Assembly (NCBI GenBank): GCA_965644295.1
Contig: CBFFRP010000645.1
Location: 124,001-188,000, forward strand
Length of the DNA stretch: 64,000 nucleotides
Source of the DNA: Paraphysomonas bandaiensis
Lineage: Eukaryota; Protista; Chrysophyceae
Direction: 5' to 3'
Shown: one piece after another, positions 24,038 through 38,524 of the stretch
Layout of the letters: the number at the start of each line of letters is the position of its first letter
Position numbering within the stretch: position 1 is the first letter of the stretch
Made by a program: the position numbers and the translations under genes
Notes under the pieces: model-generated
Database searches by the model: none
What the model was told of the DNA's origin: nothing
The model's input: only the letters and a program-made list of their open reading frames with translations

Positions 24038-27024
24038 ATGGAAAATAAGATAAAAACAAAACAACAATCCATACAATCACAACAAACACATAAATTAATT
24101 AGTAATATTCATAAGGATCCATCTGAAAGAAAGTTATATCTACTAAGACGACTTGTATGTCTGTGTCTGATATTAGCTGCTGTTATATGTGGATATGGTG
24201 CATATATACTCTTATATAATCTTGAAGGAAAAGTTGAATCATCACAATTTAATAGTATTGCAAAACAATTAGAAGATGGTGCATTACGAAGTGTATACAG
24301 TAAAATATTAGCATTGTTATCTGTTGCTGGTATGCTGGGAATGCAGTGTCCTGAATCTTCGAATTGGCCGAACTGTTCAGTACCAATGGTATATATTTGC
24401 TATATTGCATATTGATGTATAACTAGTCAGATATATGTCTTCGTATATACAATCAATCATCTTGTTGTGATATATGTTGTATATTGTCCCAGTATCGGTA
24501 ATGACGGCTTGGTAGGAGTGATGACTTTGTACTAAGACGCTCTAGTTCTATACTTTATATACATTTGTAGGGATCATTTTTGAATATCACTGACCCATTG
24601 ATTGAGATGGCAAATATGCGGAGTATGGCATACACCCCGATCTTAACTCCTGGTACGTTAAATTTTTACATCGCTCACTGTATAGCCACGTCATATTACA
24701 ATTTTACTGTCTCGAATCAGAATTCGCTAACTACAGTGTGTATATATTATCTAGATCAAGTTGAGTCGTACGAAACGTTTGCGTATAATTTCTACGAGGA
24801 ACAAGGCTACGGCCACCTGGGCATAAACGAGTTTGGGAAGGGTATATATTCCAGAAATGCGACCACTTTTGAGATATATCATGACACAGAAGGATCGAAT
24901 GAGGGAAAATATAAAATTTTATGTCCTGTGGTACAAATTGGTAACTTGGCCACGAACCATCGCGCTGTTATGTTCAACATTTACTCCCAAATATACCGCA
25001 TCAATGCCGTAGATTTCATGATAGATTGTTTCCATGCGGGAGGAAGGGGGGAGACTTGCACTTCAATTACTGATATCATCCACCTTGTACAGGACCCTGT
25101 CTTCCGTCCTGCGGTGTTAATCATTCACCCTGTCACACCCAGCAATGACAAGGACAATCTCGTTGGGTTCACTTACACGGTGCATAACTGGGATACCATA
25201 CTGGAGAACGCTATTCCCGACTACGTGTCTGGTATGGACGCTGTATTGTCGACTGCAATAGATGACTACACATTCCGTATCGACAATGGTAAAGTGAAGT
25301 TCAGAGGTAGTCGTGATCTACATGACCGCAAATATACTTCTCAAGGTCGTGAATTCCATATCACGTATTTTGGGGGGTCTGTGGACTATTCTATCAGCCT
25401 CTACCCAACTGACGAATTTGTGAACCAGTTTCGAACCCAAGCTCCTCTATATGCCTGCATAATAGCGGTGTCTATCATACTTATTACCTCGGCGATATTC
25501 TTTTTGTATGACTGCTTAATGAACAGACAAGCACTTAGGAAAGAACTAGTGATTAATACTAAACGTTTGTTTGTCCGATTCATAAGCCACGAGATCCGCA
25601 CTCCTATGAACACCGTGCATTTGGGCTTGAAGTTGCTACATGACGAAATGTTGGATTTGGTGAACTCAGGAGTCGTCCCGACTGGAATCGGGAAGCACTT
25701 AACTGAATGGGCTGATCTGATTCAAGAAATCGAGGAAAGCTCTGACACCGCCATAGTTGTGCTTAATGATTTAATTAACTATGATAAGATATCTATCGGA
25801 GCGTTAGCTGTAGAGAATGAAGTTGTTGACTTTTGGGATATGGTTTCGAAATCTGTTAAGCCGTTCGTAGTACAGGCAAAGCAGGCTGGTGTGACCCTGA
25901 ATATGGATTTGGAGGTTTCACGCAGCGCGCTTGCTGTCAGTTCAGAAAGATATGAGTCTCTTATACTTCTAGCTGCTTATGCAGATCCCATTAAAATAGC
26001 TCAAGCCGTTAGGAATGTTGTGTCCAATGCTATCAAGTTCACGAGAAAGGATGGAACTGTCACAGTAACCGCATACTGGGATGAAAGTGGACTTGCGGAC
26101 TATACACAGGAGCGAGCCGCTAGTGACTACGCTATACAAATGCCAAGGGCAGGTTCATTCGTACTTATCATCAATGACACTGGAGCAGGTACTTTTCCAC
26201 CTCACTCAGTACTCACACTAATAAATATGCAACTAGGTATGTCTCCAGAGCACACCCAGCATTTATTCAAAGAAGGGGTTCAGTTTCACGCGAACCAACT
26301 GCAGGCCGGGGGAGGGTCTGGACTCGGTCTGTGGATATCAAAAGGTGTTGTGGATCTTCATCATGGCACATTGACTGCGCATTCTGATGGCGTAGACAAG
26401 GGCTCGACCTTCAGATTGGAACTACCTGCCTTTAAGTCCAGTGAAATAGTGCACAAACCAGAATCATCTCTCTATAACTCTATCCGCACCAATTCTATTG
26501 TACCTGTATCAGATCAAATGAGTCTCCCATTAAGTTCTAGCCAATCGATGGGTGCGTCACAAAGTGACTCTGTAACTTCCGCTGTTAAGCGAATATTAGT
26601 AGTAGATGACGCTTCTTCCACAAGGAAAGTGGTTTGTCGACTGCTGAAACACTCGGGATATGAGTGCTATGAGGCTGAGGACGGACAGCAATGTATCGAT
26701 AAGATGAAGGAGTTCGAAAAAAAAGGAAGCCCGGTGATTGATTTAGTTTTGATGGACTTTGAAATGCCTCGTATCAATGGCCCAACAGCCACCCAGATTC
26801 TACGAGATGCCGATTTCAGTATCCCAATTATAGGAGTCACCGGAAATGTGCTACAAGCCGATGTCGATTTTTTCTTGGCACACGGAGCAACGGCAGTTAT
26901 CCACAAACCCATCACAGTATCCGTCCTCCAGGGCATGATATCACAGTTCAGTGGGAAGAACAACTGTTCTGAAATTGAAGTTGCTGCTAATATGACCAAT
27001 GACTCCAATGGTGTCATTCTTTGA
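24038..27024 (+). CDS. Membrane hybrid histidine kinase (TM - extracytoplasmic sensor - TM - HisKA - HATPase - receiver); exons 24038-24388, 24571-24652, 24755-26188, 26237-27024
   Basis: FISHEIRTPMN (H box), NVVSNAIKFT (N box), DTGAGMS (G1, after splicing), GGSGLGLWI (G2), receiver ILVVDD...LMDFEMP...KP. Confidence 0.93.
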
Positions 27025-27883
27025 TTTGAACTGTTCGCACTGAATCCACTTTGCATAGTTGTGTTGTAATATATATCGTCAATGGCAGTAGTATGTACGT
27101 TGTTTTTTTACGTAATCTTGTGTTCTGTTCAGATAAATACCAATATGACGTCTACATTTGCTCGCTGTCGTGGCGACCTTTTACGACATAGAAATAATAT
27201 TTTTTTAAATGTATTTTTTTAAACTGCATCGACAGAGACCTTGTTTCATGAAATTGATATTTAACTGTGAAGCACGACTATATAACGATCAATCCCACAA
27301 ACCCAAGATATTACTTTCACTGTTGGAATTGGACATATCTGTAGAGCTAACTCTCACTACTTACATCTTAAACTTTCTATCAAGTTATGACATTGTGGAC
27401 GTTTGAACATATTTAACTGAACGATGAATAATGCATACAGTCTATCATACTCAATTATTAAATTGTAATACCTATCTCATATCGTATTTCACACTATCTA
27501 AGATAGCCACAATTCTATAACAGTCAATATCATTAGTTCGTAAAATAGGTGAAAGATAATCAACATTCAACCTAGTTAAATTGGTTGACTTTCCTAGTCA
27601 CTAATTTCGGTCAAAGTAATGTATGATTCAATATCTACATTTATTAAATTTATCCTATTCAACCTACTCATCGTAAACTGAATATATGAATTATTTAATG
27701 GCTAAATTTTCATCCCTGACTAGGTTTTGCTCTATATTTGGCGTGACTAGGAAACTTGATATAATATTGCAGTCAGGTAGCAGTTTAACGGCGTTGATAT
27801 AATATAAACTGCAGAGCAACTGACTCTACAAAATTTTATAAAAAGTAGAAGCAACTTTCACATGGGAAGTAGGACGACTTTCG

Positions 27884-30800
27884 TTAACAGTTCATGCGAC
27901 TTCCGCTGGGATCATACGGTGATTGTAGCATAACATTCACCTTATACCGCCCATCACACAGGTGGACCTCGTAATTCCCGCTTTTAATGAATTTAGAATC
28001 CACTATAGGTTGTTTGTCATTCAATTTTTGATATCGCTTCGATGATATATACGCCAGTCCAACAGCTCTGCGCAGAGTATATCCATAACTGGCAGATGTC
28101 AAGTGGCCAACTAAAACACCGTCACGAAACAGTGGTTCACCACCGTAAGGAAAGGGCTGCTTTCTTTCTTCATTCTCGGCTTCAAATACCACGGATACAA
28201 GTCTTCTTGTTACTCCCGTAGATTTCTGTACAGATAGAGCCGACTTTCCTAAGAAATTATCCTTCGTGAAGTCAATTGCGAATCCAAGTCCCGCCTCCAG
28301 TGGAGTATCTGAGGGAGTGATGTCATGACCCCACGCGCGATATCCTTTTTCAAGTCGCAGCGAGTCAATAGCAAAGTATCCTGCATCCCGAAGAGGTATA
28401 CCCGAATTTTTTGAGGCTTCATGAAGTGATTTGTACACCGAAATCGCTGATTCAGTGGGTATATATATCTCGTAGCCAAGCTCTCCCATGTACGATATTC
28501 GATGAGCACGCACATTCACTAGCCCAATATCAATGATTCTGCTAAATCCAAAAGGAAAAGATTCATGAGAAATGTCTGCTGATGTAGCAACGCTGAGCAA
28601 ATCGCGTGACAATGGCCCCATCATAGATAAAACGGCCTCAGATGATGTGACGTCAGTGAGAATAGCAAAAGAGTTCAAAGTATCTGTATGGTGGTTTGAC
28701 AGATGGCTACGTATCCAATGGGAGTCTCTACATGCTTGGGCGGTGGAAGTAGTTATCAGAAATTCGTCAGAGCTCAAACGGCACACGGTCAAATCTGACT
28801 CGATGCCACCGTTTTCGTTGCACATGCTGGTATACACAATTTTATTCACAGGCACATCCATATTGCTTACACACAAACTCTGCAGCGCTGATAACGCCCC
28901 TGGACCTTGGAGTAGAAGTTTGCAGAAGGAAGTTGTGTCAAATAGTGCCACGGAACTGCGACATGCGTTATGTTCCTGCCCCACATTTTCAAACCACCAC
29001 TGCCTTCCGTAAGAATAGGGTTCCATAGGCACGGGACTGATGTGCACATCGTGAGTCTGTGCGTTTGGATGAAGGTCAAGCGAATCATAGAAATTTGCAC
29101 GCTCCCTATCAAAAATGTTTATGTGGAGTTTTGTTTATCGTCATTCTATAGAATGGACCCTAAATTGGTGTCGTATTCATATTCATGCATATAGTCATGC
29201 ATAAAAATGCAACCACAATACACTATATAGTATTACCATCCAAATTTGCTTCCAAAACATGCTCGATTTTGTTTGTGCACGTTGTACAAAGGAGAAATTC
29301 TAAATGGTCTTCCACTTTGTAACTCTCGCTTCGGCCATGTAATTTGGTAGTGTAGACCCAGAGTCTCCGACACACGGGACGATAAAAAAGACGAATTATT
29401 ATGAACCTACCAATGATAACAGAGAAGATGGATCGTCATTACATTTGCCAGAGCGACGAGAGCATAATCGTAACATACATCGAGAATTTTGGCGAAGCGA
29501 TATTCATATACACAGATATCTGGCATGGCTATCTATAGCATCCACAAGAACAGGAAATATAGGCAACTTGCATTCTCACGACTACGACTTACAAATTTAT
29601 CATACCTTTCCTGTGAACCTTCTGATATCAACGGCCCACAGATCCAAAGTGGGACCGTCGTTTACTATCCATTCCGCTAGGGCCTTTCCTGCACCCCCCG
29701 ATGAAGCTATTCCTATGGTTGAAATTGCATCAAAAATAGTACGAGAGCATACCACAGAAGTAGTAGAGCTAAAACCACGATAAGGTCATATCTGTCATGC
29801 GTACCTGATGAATTGAAACCTGCTGCCACATAAAATCCTTTCACTTCAGGAGATTCACCTATAAAATACACACCGCATAATCCATGAATGCGTTGAACAC
29901 ACAATGATCTTTGCTACTGCTGTTCAAGCTATCGCATATATACATATAGCACTTTGATATACACATAAGTGGCAACATAGGCGATTACCGAGTATGTACT
30001 GGTTATCTGGTGTAAAGCTTTCAGGCCCATTTATCATTTTAACCTGTCCAAAGAGTCTTATTAGTTGCGTTCTAAAATAGAGTTCTCACACAATACAATT
30101 AGTGGACAACTGACACATTACATAAGGGAAGCAACACGTATATTCGAACAACAGAAATAGCAGCGCATATGCTGCTCGTCCTATACCTGTGCGTCACCCA
30201 GCACAGGCGTTCTGTGTAAAGCTCCGTTCATCAGAATCTCAAAGTGATCCCAGTCTTCCGGCAACAAAGCGAACTCAAAGTCAGATGGCGGCCCTTGTTT
30301 ACCACTGAACGCTGGCTTAGCCACTGGCTCAAATCCTCCCATCAGCAGTCCCCCAGACCACTCTCTGCATTCACAGTATAGAGAACGTCATCAAACTACG
30401 ATGGAATCCTGAATACACATGCACCAACTTGCCTGTAGTATATGTACCTATCCGGGTCTCTGAGAATGGGTAGCATACTATCCACTGGATCGGGGAGTGG
30501 TTTAGTGTACACGTAAAAGTGCTCTGCACTAGCTAGTGGCACAGATACACCACATAAGGCACCGATTTGTCGAGCCCATAGACCACCACAATTTACGACG
30601 ACTTCGCAGTTCACTGTGCCTCTGTTAGTCTCAATAGATTTTACACGTGCACTAGAATGGCCCTTACTACACTCATTACTGTGAATGTGCACATTAGTCA
30701 CATTGCACTGCTCATAAAAGCGTACTCTGTTGCCCGAGGCGTCCGTGTGAGCCTTAGTTGCTTTAGCCAGTGCTTGAGTAATGTCCGACGATATGGCTGT

Positions 30801-33800
30801 ACCATCCCCTATAAATCCACGAGATTGCAACAAATATTATTCTTGTTGAATATACGGACTGTGTCGTCTTGTAAATTGCAGGGCACCGTTACACACCTGG
30901 TAACCACAGGGCAGCTGTCACATCATCAATATATAAATATGGAAACTTCTCTCGCGCCTCTCGAGGAGATATTATTTCAGAATCAATTCCAAATGCACGT
31001 GCTTTATTGGCCCTTATCTTTAATTGCGTCAATCTATCTGGACATGTGGCCAGCGTAAGGGATCCACAGGCCTTGTAGCCTGTAGATTGGTCTGTTTCTC
31101 TTTCAAGCTGCTGTAAGAACTGTGTTCCATACACTCCAGATAGCTTAGTTTCTGTCTCTGTATCTCTCAACTGACCAATAAGGCCGGCGGCATGCCTATG
31201 TGACAATACACAAGTTAAAACTATTATTGATTAGGAGCAGAGTAGTTTATATATCTATATAAGTATATCTCTGCATATATATGTCTCAATGTTTATGTAC
31301 CTAGTACACTATATATCTATGTATGTATATATGTATATATTACCAGTATATATATGTATATATATGCTTCTATATGCATACTACCAGGCACTATACCTAT
31401 ATACTACCAGTCTATTTATGTATATCCATATACCTATGTATGCATATATCTCTGTGAACACATGTAAGTATATATTACCAGGCTACATGCATGTATCTCT
31501 GTATGTATATCTGTGTATGTATGTATATATTACCAGTCTATACATGTATATCTCTCTATATCTGTGTATGTATGTATATATTACCAGGCTATACATGTAT
31601 ATCTCTCTATATCTGTATGTATGTATATACTACCAGTCTATACATGTATATCTCTCTATATCTGTGTATGTATGTATATATTACCAGGCTATACATGTAT
31701 ATCACTCTATACCTGTGTATGTATGTATATATTACCAGGCTATACATGTACATCACTCTATATCTGTGTATGTATGTATATATTACCAGGCTATACATGT
31801 ATATCTCTCTATATCTGTGTATGTATGTATATATTACCAGGCTATACATGTATATCTCTCTATATCTGTGTATGTATGTATATATTACCAGTCCACATGT
31901 ATATCTCTCTATATCTGTGTATGTATGTATATATTACCAGTCTATACATGTATATCTCTCGATATCTATGTATGTATGTATATGTATGTATGTATGTATG
32001 TATATGTATATATTACCAGGCTATACATGTATATCTCTCTATATCTGTGTATGTATGTATATATTACCAGGCTATACATGTATATCACTCTATATCTGTG
32101 TATGTATGTATATATTACCAGTCTATACATGTATATCTCTCTATATCTGTGTATGTATGTATATATTACCAGGCTATACATGTATATCTCTCTATATCTG
32201 TGTATGTATGTATATATTACCAGGCTATACATGTATATCTCTCTATATCTGTGTATGTATGTATATATTACCAGGCTATACATGTATATCTCTCTATATC
32301 TGTGTATGTATGTATATATTACCAGTCTACATGTATATCTCTCTATATCTGTGTATGTATGTATATATTACCAGGCTATACATGTATATCTCTCTATATC
32401 TGTGTATGTATGTATATATTACCAGGCTATACATGTATATCTCTCTATATCTGTGTATGTATGTATATATTACCAGGCTATACATGTATATCTCTCTATA
32501 TCTGTGTATGTATGTATATATTACCAGTCTACATGTATATCTCTCTATATCTGTGTATGTATGTATATATTACCAGTCTATACATGTATATCTCTCTATA
32601 TCTATGTATGTATCTATGTATGTATGTATGTATGTATGTATATGTATATATTACCAGGCTATACATGTATATCTCTCTATATCTGTGTATGTATGTATAT
32701 ATTACCAGGCTATATGCATGTATCTCTGTATGTATATCCGTGTATGTATGTATATATTACCAGTCTATACATGTATATCTCTCTATATCTGTGTATGTAT
32801 GTATATATTACCAGGCTATACATGTATATCTCTCTATATCTGTGTATGTATGTATATATTACCAGGCTATACATGTATATCTCTCTATATCTGTGTATGT
32901 ATGTATATATTACCAGTCTATACATGTATATCTCTCTATATCTGTGTATGTATGTATATATTACCAGGCTATACATGTATATCTCTCTATATCTGTGTAT
33001 GTATGTATATATTACCAGTCTATACATGTATATCTCTCTATATCTGTGTATGTATGTATATATTACCAGGCTATACATGTATATCTCTCTATATCTGTGT
33101 ATGTATGTATATATTACCAGTCTACATGTATATCTCTCTATATCTGTGTATGTATGTATATATTACCAGGCTATACATGTATATCTCTCTATATCTGTGT
33201 ATGTATGTATATATTACCAGGCTATACATGTATATCTCTCTATATCTGTGTATGTATGTATATATTACCAGGCTATACATGTATATCTCTCTATATCTGT
33301 GTATGTATGTATATATTACCAGTCTACATGTATATCTCTCTATATCTGTGTATGTATGTATATATTACCAGTCTATACATGTATATCTCTCTATATCTAT
33401 GTATGTATCTATGTATGTATGTATGTATGTATGTATATGTATATATTACCAGGCTATACATGTACATCACTCTATATCTGTGTATGTATGTATATATTAC
33501 CAGGCTATACATGTATATCTCTCTATATCTGTGTATGTATGTATATATTACCAGTCTATACATGTATATCTCTCTATATCTGTGTATGTATGTATATATT
33601 ACCAGGCTATACATGTATATCTCTCTATATCTGTGTATGTATGTATATATTACCAGTCTACATGTATATCTCTCTATATCTGTGTATGTATGTATATATT
33701 ACCAGGCTATACATGTATATCTCTCTATATCTGTGTATGTATGTATATATTACCAGGCTATACATGTATATCTCTCTATATCTGTGTATGTATGTATATA

Positions 33801-36207
33801 TTACCAGGCTATACATGTATATCTCTCTATATCTGTGTATGTATGTATATATTACCAGTCTACATGTATATCTCTCTATATCTGTGTATGTATGTATATA
33901 TTACCAGTCTATACATGTATATCTCTCTATATCTATGTATGTATCTATGTATGTATGTATGTATGTATGTATATGTATATATTACCAGGCTATACATGTA
34001 TATCTCTCTATATCTGTGTATGTATGTATATATTACCAGGCTATATGCATGTATCTCTGTATGTATATCCGTGTATGTAAGTATATATTACCAGTCTATA
34101 CATGTATATCTCTCTATATCTGTGTATGTATGTATATATTACCAGTCTATACATGTATATCTCTCTATATCTGTGTATGTATGTATATATTACCAGGCTA
34201 TACATGTATATCTCTCTATATCTGTATGTATGTATATACTACCAGTCTATACATGTATATCTCTCTATATCTGTGTATGTATGTATATATTACCAGGCTA
34301 TACATGTATATCACTCTATACCTGTGTATGTATGTATATATTACCAGGCTATACATGTACATCACTCTATATCTGTGTATGTATGTATATATTACCAGGC
34401 TATACATGTATATCTCTCTATATCTGTGTATGTATGTATATATTACCAGGCTATACATGTATATCTCTCTATATCTGTGTATGTATGTATATATTACCAG
34501 TCCACATGTATATCTCTCTATATCTGTGTATGTATGTATATATTACCAGTCTATACATGTATATCTCTCGATATCTATGTATGTATGTATATGTATGTAT
34601 GTATGTATGTATATGTATATATTACCAGGCTATACATGTATATCTCTCTATATCTGTGTATGTATGTATATATTACCAGGCTATACATGTATATCACTCT
34701 ATATCTGTGTATGTATGTATATATTACCAGGCTATACATGTATATCTCTCTATATCTGTGTATGTATGTATATATTACCAGGCTATACATGTATATCTCT
34801 CTATATCTGTGTATGTATGTATATATTACCAGGCTATACATGTATATCTCTCTATATCTGTGTATGTATGTATATATTACCAGGCTATACATGTATATCT
34901 CTCTATATCTGTGTATGTATGTATATATTACCAGTCTACATGTATATCTCTCTATATCTGTGTATGTATGTATATATTACCAGGCTATACATGTATATCT
35001 CTCTATATCTGTGTATGTATGTATATATTACCAGGCTATACATGTATATCTCTCTATATCTGTGTATGTATGTATATATTACCAGGCTATACATGTATAT
35101 CTCTCTATATCTGTGTATGTATGTATATATTACCAGTCCACATGTATATCTCTCTATATCTGTGTATGTATGTATATATTACCAGTCTATACATGTATAT
35201 CTCTCTATATCTATGTATGTATCTATGTATGTATGTATGTATGTATGTATATGTATATATTACCAGGCTATACATGTATATCTCTCTATATCTGTGTATG
35301 TATGTATATATTACCAGGCTATATGCATGTATCTCTGTATGTATATCCGTGTATGTATGTATATATTACCAGTCTATACATGTATATCTCTCTATATCTG
35401 TGTATGTATGTATATATTACCAGGCTATACATGTATATCTCTCTATATCTGTGTATGTATGTATATATTACCAGGCTATACATGTATATCTCTCTATATC
35501 TGTGTATGTATGTATATATTACCAGTCTATACATGTATATCTCTCTATATCTGTGTATGTATGTATATATTACCAGGCTATACATGTATATCTCTCTATA
35601 TCTGTGTATGTATGTATATATTACCAGTCTATACATGTATATCTCTCTATATCTGTGTATGTATGTATATATTACCAGGCTATACATGTATATCTCTCTA
35701 TATCTGTGTATGTATGTATATATTACCAGGCTATACATGTATATCACTCTATATCTGTGTATGTATGTATGTATATATTACCAGTCTATATGCATGTATA
35801 TCACTCTATATCTGTGTATGTATGTATATTACCAGGCTATACATGTATATCACTCTATATCTATGTATGTATGTATATATTACCAGTCTATATGCATGTA
35901 TATCACTCTATATCTATGTATGTATGCATATATTACCAGGTGGTCCCGCATGACAGTCTCCCTCTCTCCAATACAACCACATCCGTCCATCCTAATTTCG
36001 CAAGATGATAAGCTACACTACATCCAATAATACCACCCCTACAATTCCCATCATAATATTATGTATATGTATATATAGTTACCCGATTATACATACACGA
36101 GCATGAGATGGGAGAGAGTCTGTAGAGGATGAAAGATAAGAGATTACACCTCTATGTATAGGTGAGACTGTACGAATATATTTGGAGTGTTTTGAGAGAT
36201 GTATCAT
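27884..36207 (-). CDS. Dimethylglycine/sarcosine dehydrogenase-like FAD oxidoreductase with GcvT-type C-terminus, multi-exon
   Basis: Exon 1 (ATG 36207) has a transit-peptide-like leader, then [29 protein letters not shown]|[53 protein letters not shown]. Confidence 0.92.
31330..35936. repeat. 51-bp intronic minisatellite, about 90 copies, with a 2609-bp higher-order duplication
   Basis: Unit ttaccaggctatacatgtatatctctctatatctgtgtatgtatgtatata. Variant patterns recur at a 2609-bp offset (31607/34216, 31966/34575, 32710/35319). Fills intron 31196-35936. Confidence 0.97.
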
Positions 36208-36346
36208 TATATGGTAGGTATACTATGAGCACTCAACTGATAGATTGACTCGACGAGTTATATATACATATATATACATACAAACCCCACATAGAGCTAC
36301 ACACCCAGAATCTTACCATAGTATCTTACACAGGTACCATATACAG

Positions 36347-36838
36347 TATGTATGTATGTATGTATGTATGTATGTATGTATGTATGTATGTATGTATGTA
36401 TGTATGTATGTATGTATGTATGTATGTATGTATGTATGTATGTATGTATGTATGTATGTATGTATGTATGTATGTATGTATGTATGTATGTATGTATGTA
36501 TGTATGTATGTATGTATGTATGTATGTATGTATGTATGTATGTATGTATGTATGTATGCATGTATGTATGTATGTATGTATGTATGTATGTATGTATGTA
36601 TGTATGTATGTATGTATGTATGTATGTATGTATGTATGTATGTATGTATGTATGTATGTATGTATGTATGTATGTATGTATGTATGTATCTATGTATGTA
36701 TGCATGTATGTATGTATGTATGTATGTATGTATGTATGTATGTATGTATGTATGTATGTATGTATGTATGTATCTATGTATGTATGCATGTATGTATGTA
36801 TGTATGTATGTATGTATGTATGTACTCTGTATGTATGA
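36347..36838. repeat. (TATG)n microsatellite, about 0.5 kb
   Basis: Directly visible. Confidence 0.99.
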
Positions 36839-38524
36839 TGTGAAAACGTTATGGGTTTTCCTCATGTAAAAAACCTCTTCATGAAACCTATGTTTTCATG
36901 CAAAAGTCGCTACTTTTATATAAGAAATATGCCATTATTCAGCACTATAATCATTAATCTATACAAGTCATGAATGGATATGTATCGGCACCCTTTGTAT
37001 ATTTTTGTTCCAAGATGCCTCTAATATTGAGGCAAGAATTCTCTGTATTCCAGCCATAGTTTTATTGCAGTAATACAGAGTATATTTACTTCAATTAATT
37101 CCCGAAAATTGAGATGCTGGCTGCTCATATGTAATCCACCATACAACTACGATATCACCATCTTGTCATATATGAGCATGATAATAATCTCTACTATAAA
37201 AATAATTCTTGCAATGGATTCCACATCATGAATATGTACTACACACATGGATATTCCCTTTTTCCAGGTGATTATTCATGAATAACACAAAAATGACAGT
37301 CTATTAAATCAAAATGAAACACTTTGTTAACTATTAAAGTCACAATAGAGTCTTAAACAAACTAGTAGACTATTTCATAATATAATGAATACGTTCTTAT
37401 TATTAAGATTATTTATACGATGTATTTCAGATTGGTGTGTATTTTATTACCCCATCTGATGATTGATTTGTCATTATATGCGTATACGTCGATTATATTG
37501 TTTATACTGCGTCAAGCATTGATCTATTGAATACATTTTGTATGTAGTTACACCAACAATTCCGTAGTGGTATCCTCTCGAGTGGTTTCTTGGAATTTAC
37601 ATACAGTTATACATTATTATAAGACAGACATACAGTTCAATCATCTTAGTGTTAATATATTAAAGATTTATATGATTATATGATTATATTTCATCTAATC
37701 ATCTCAATATCTTCAGTGTTCATGTTATATGGTCAATCATGTTGTATGATCATGTATAGATGTGATGTGTAATGATTATGGATTAGAGATATAGCTAACA
37801 TGTCAATAGATTGTATTAAGAGTATGGATATACATGTATGTTATAACGTTGAGGTGTTAAAACTAATCATAGACTATATATAAGAGTTAGAGTCAGGTTC
37901 ATATGCTATAGGTAGGGCTAGAGAGGACTGGGTGTGGTTATGAGATGTGGGAACTCGCTCAAGAGAATAAAATTAGTGATGGAGGCCGAGCCGAAGCCGG
38001 CTTCGGCTAAAATATTCGGCCTGAACCGGCTCGGCTAAAGCCGGTTGGAATGTATACTGCTGTAGGATGTAGGACTACCCACCAATATACAGTGTATATA
38101 CTGTACGACAGTAATCATATAATACAGGACATATACATATATATACTGTATATATGTGGACAATGGACAATTCTGAATGTGTCGATGTCCTCCGACCTCA
38201 CGATTAACTGTTACTGGATACTGGCGATTTAAAGAAATAGCAAGTATAATCTATAATCTAATATAAACATACCAACAACTTAACTTCTGAACTCATTATG
38301 ATCAGCCCAATTTGTTTGTCCATGAATTCACCATCTTCTGAAGGTAGCGCTGTTGTGTTAGATTGTGGCACAGGTGGTTTGATTTTAGAAGGCGGTGATG
38401 AGAGTGTAACAAGCATTTGAAGAGCGTAACAGAAGTTGACATTATTTGGTAAGGCTTGATATTCTCAATTGACAAGATGAAATTATAAACATTACATGAT
38501 AAAGAACCTAAGTTGTATTCGATG

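Noticed and set aside
31330-35936. CRISPR-like array (also considered for 50268-64000)
   Set aside because: No unique spacers, no cas genes, eukaryotic context; these are plain tandem repeats.
31289-36030. 1554-, 1505-, 855- and 642-aa plus-strand ORFs
   Set aside because: Translations of the 51-bp minisatellite, antisense to an intron of the dehydrogenase gene.
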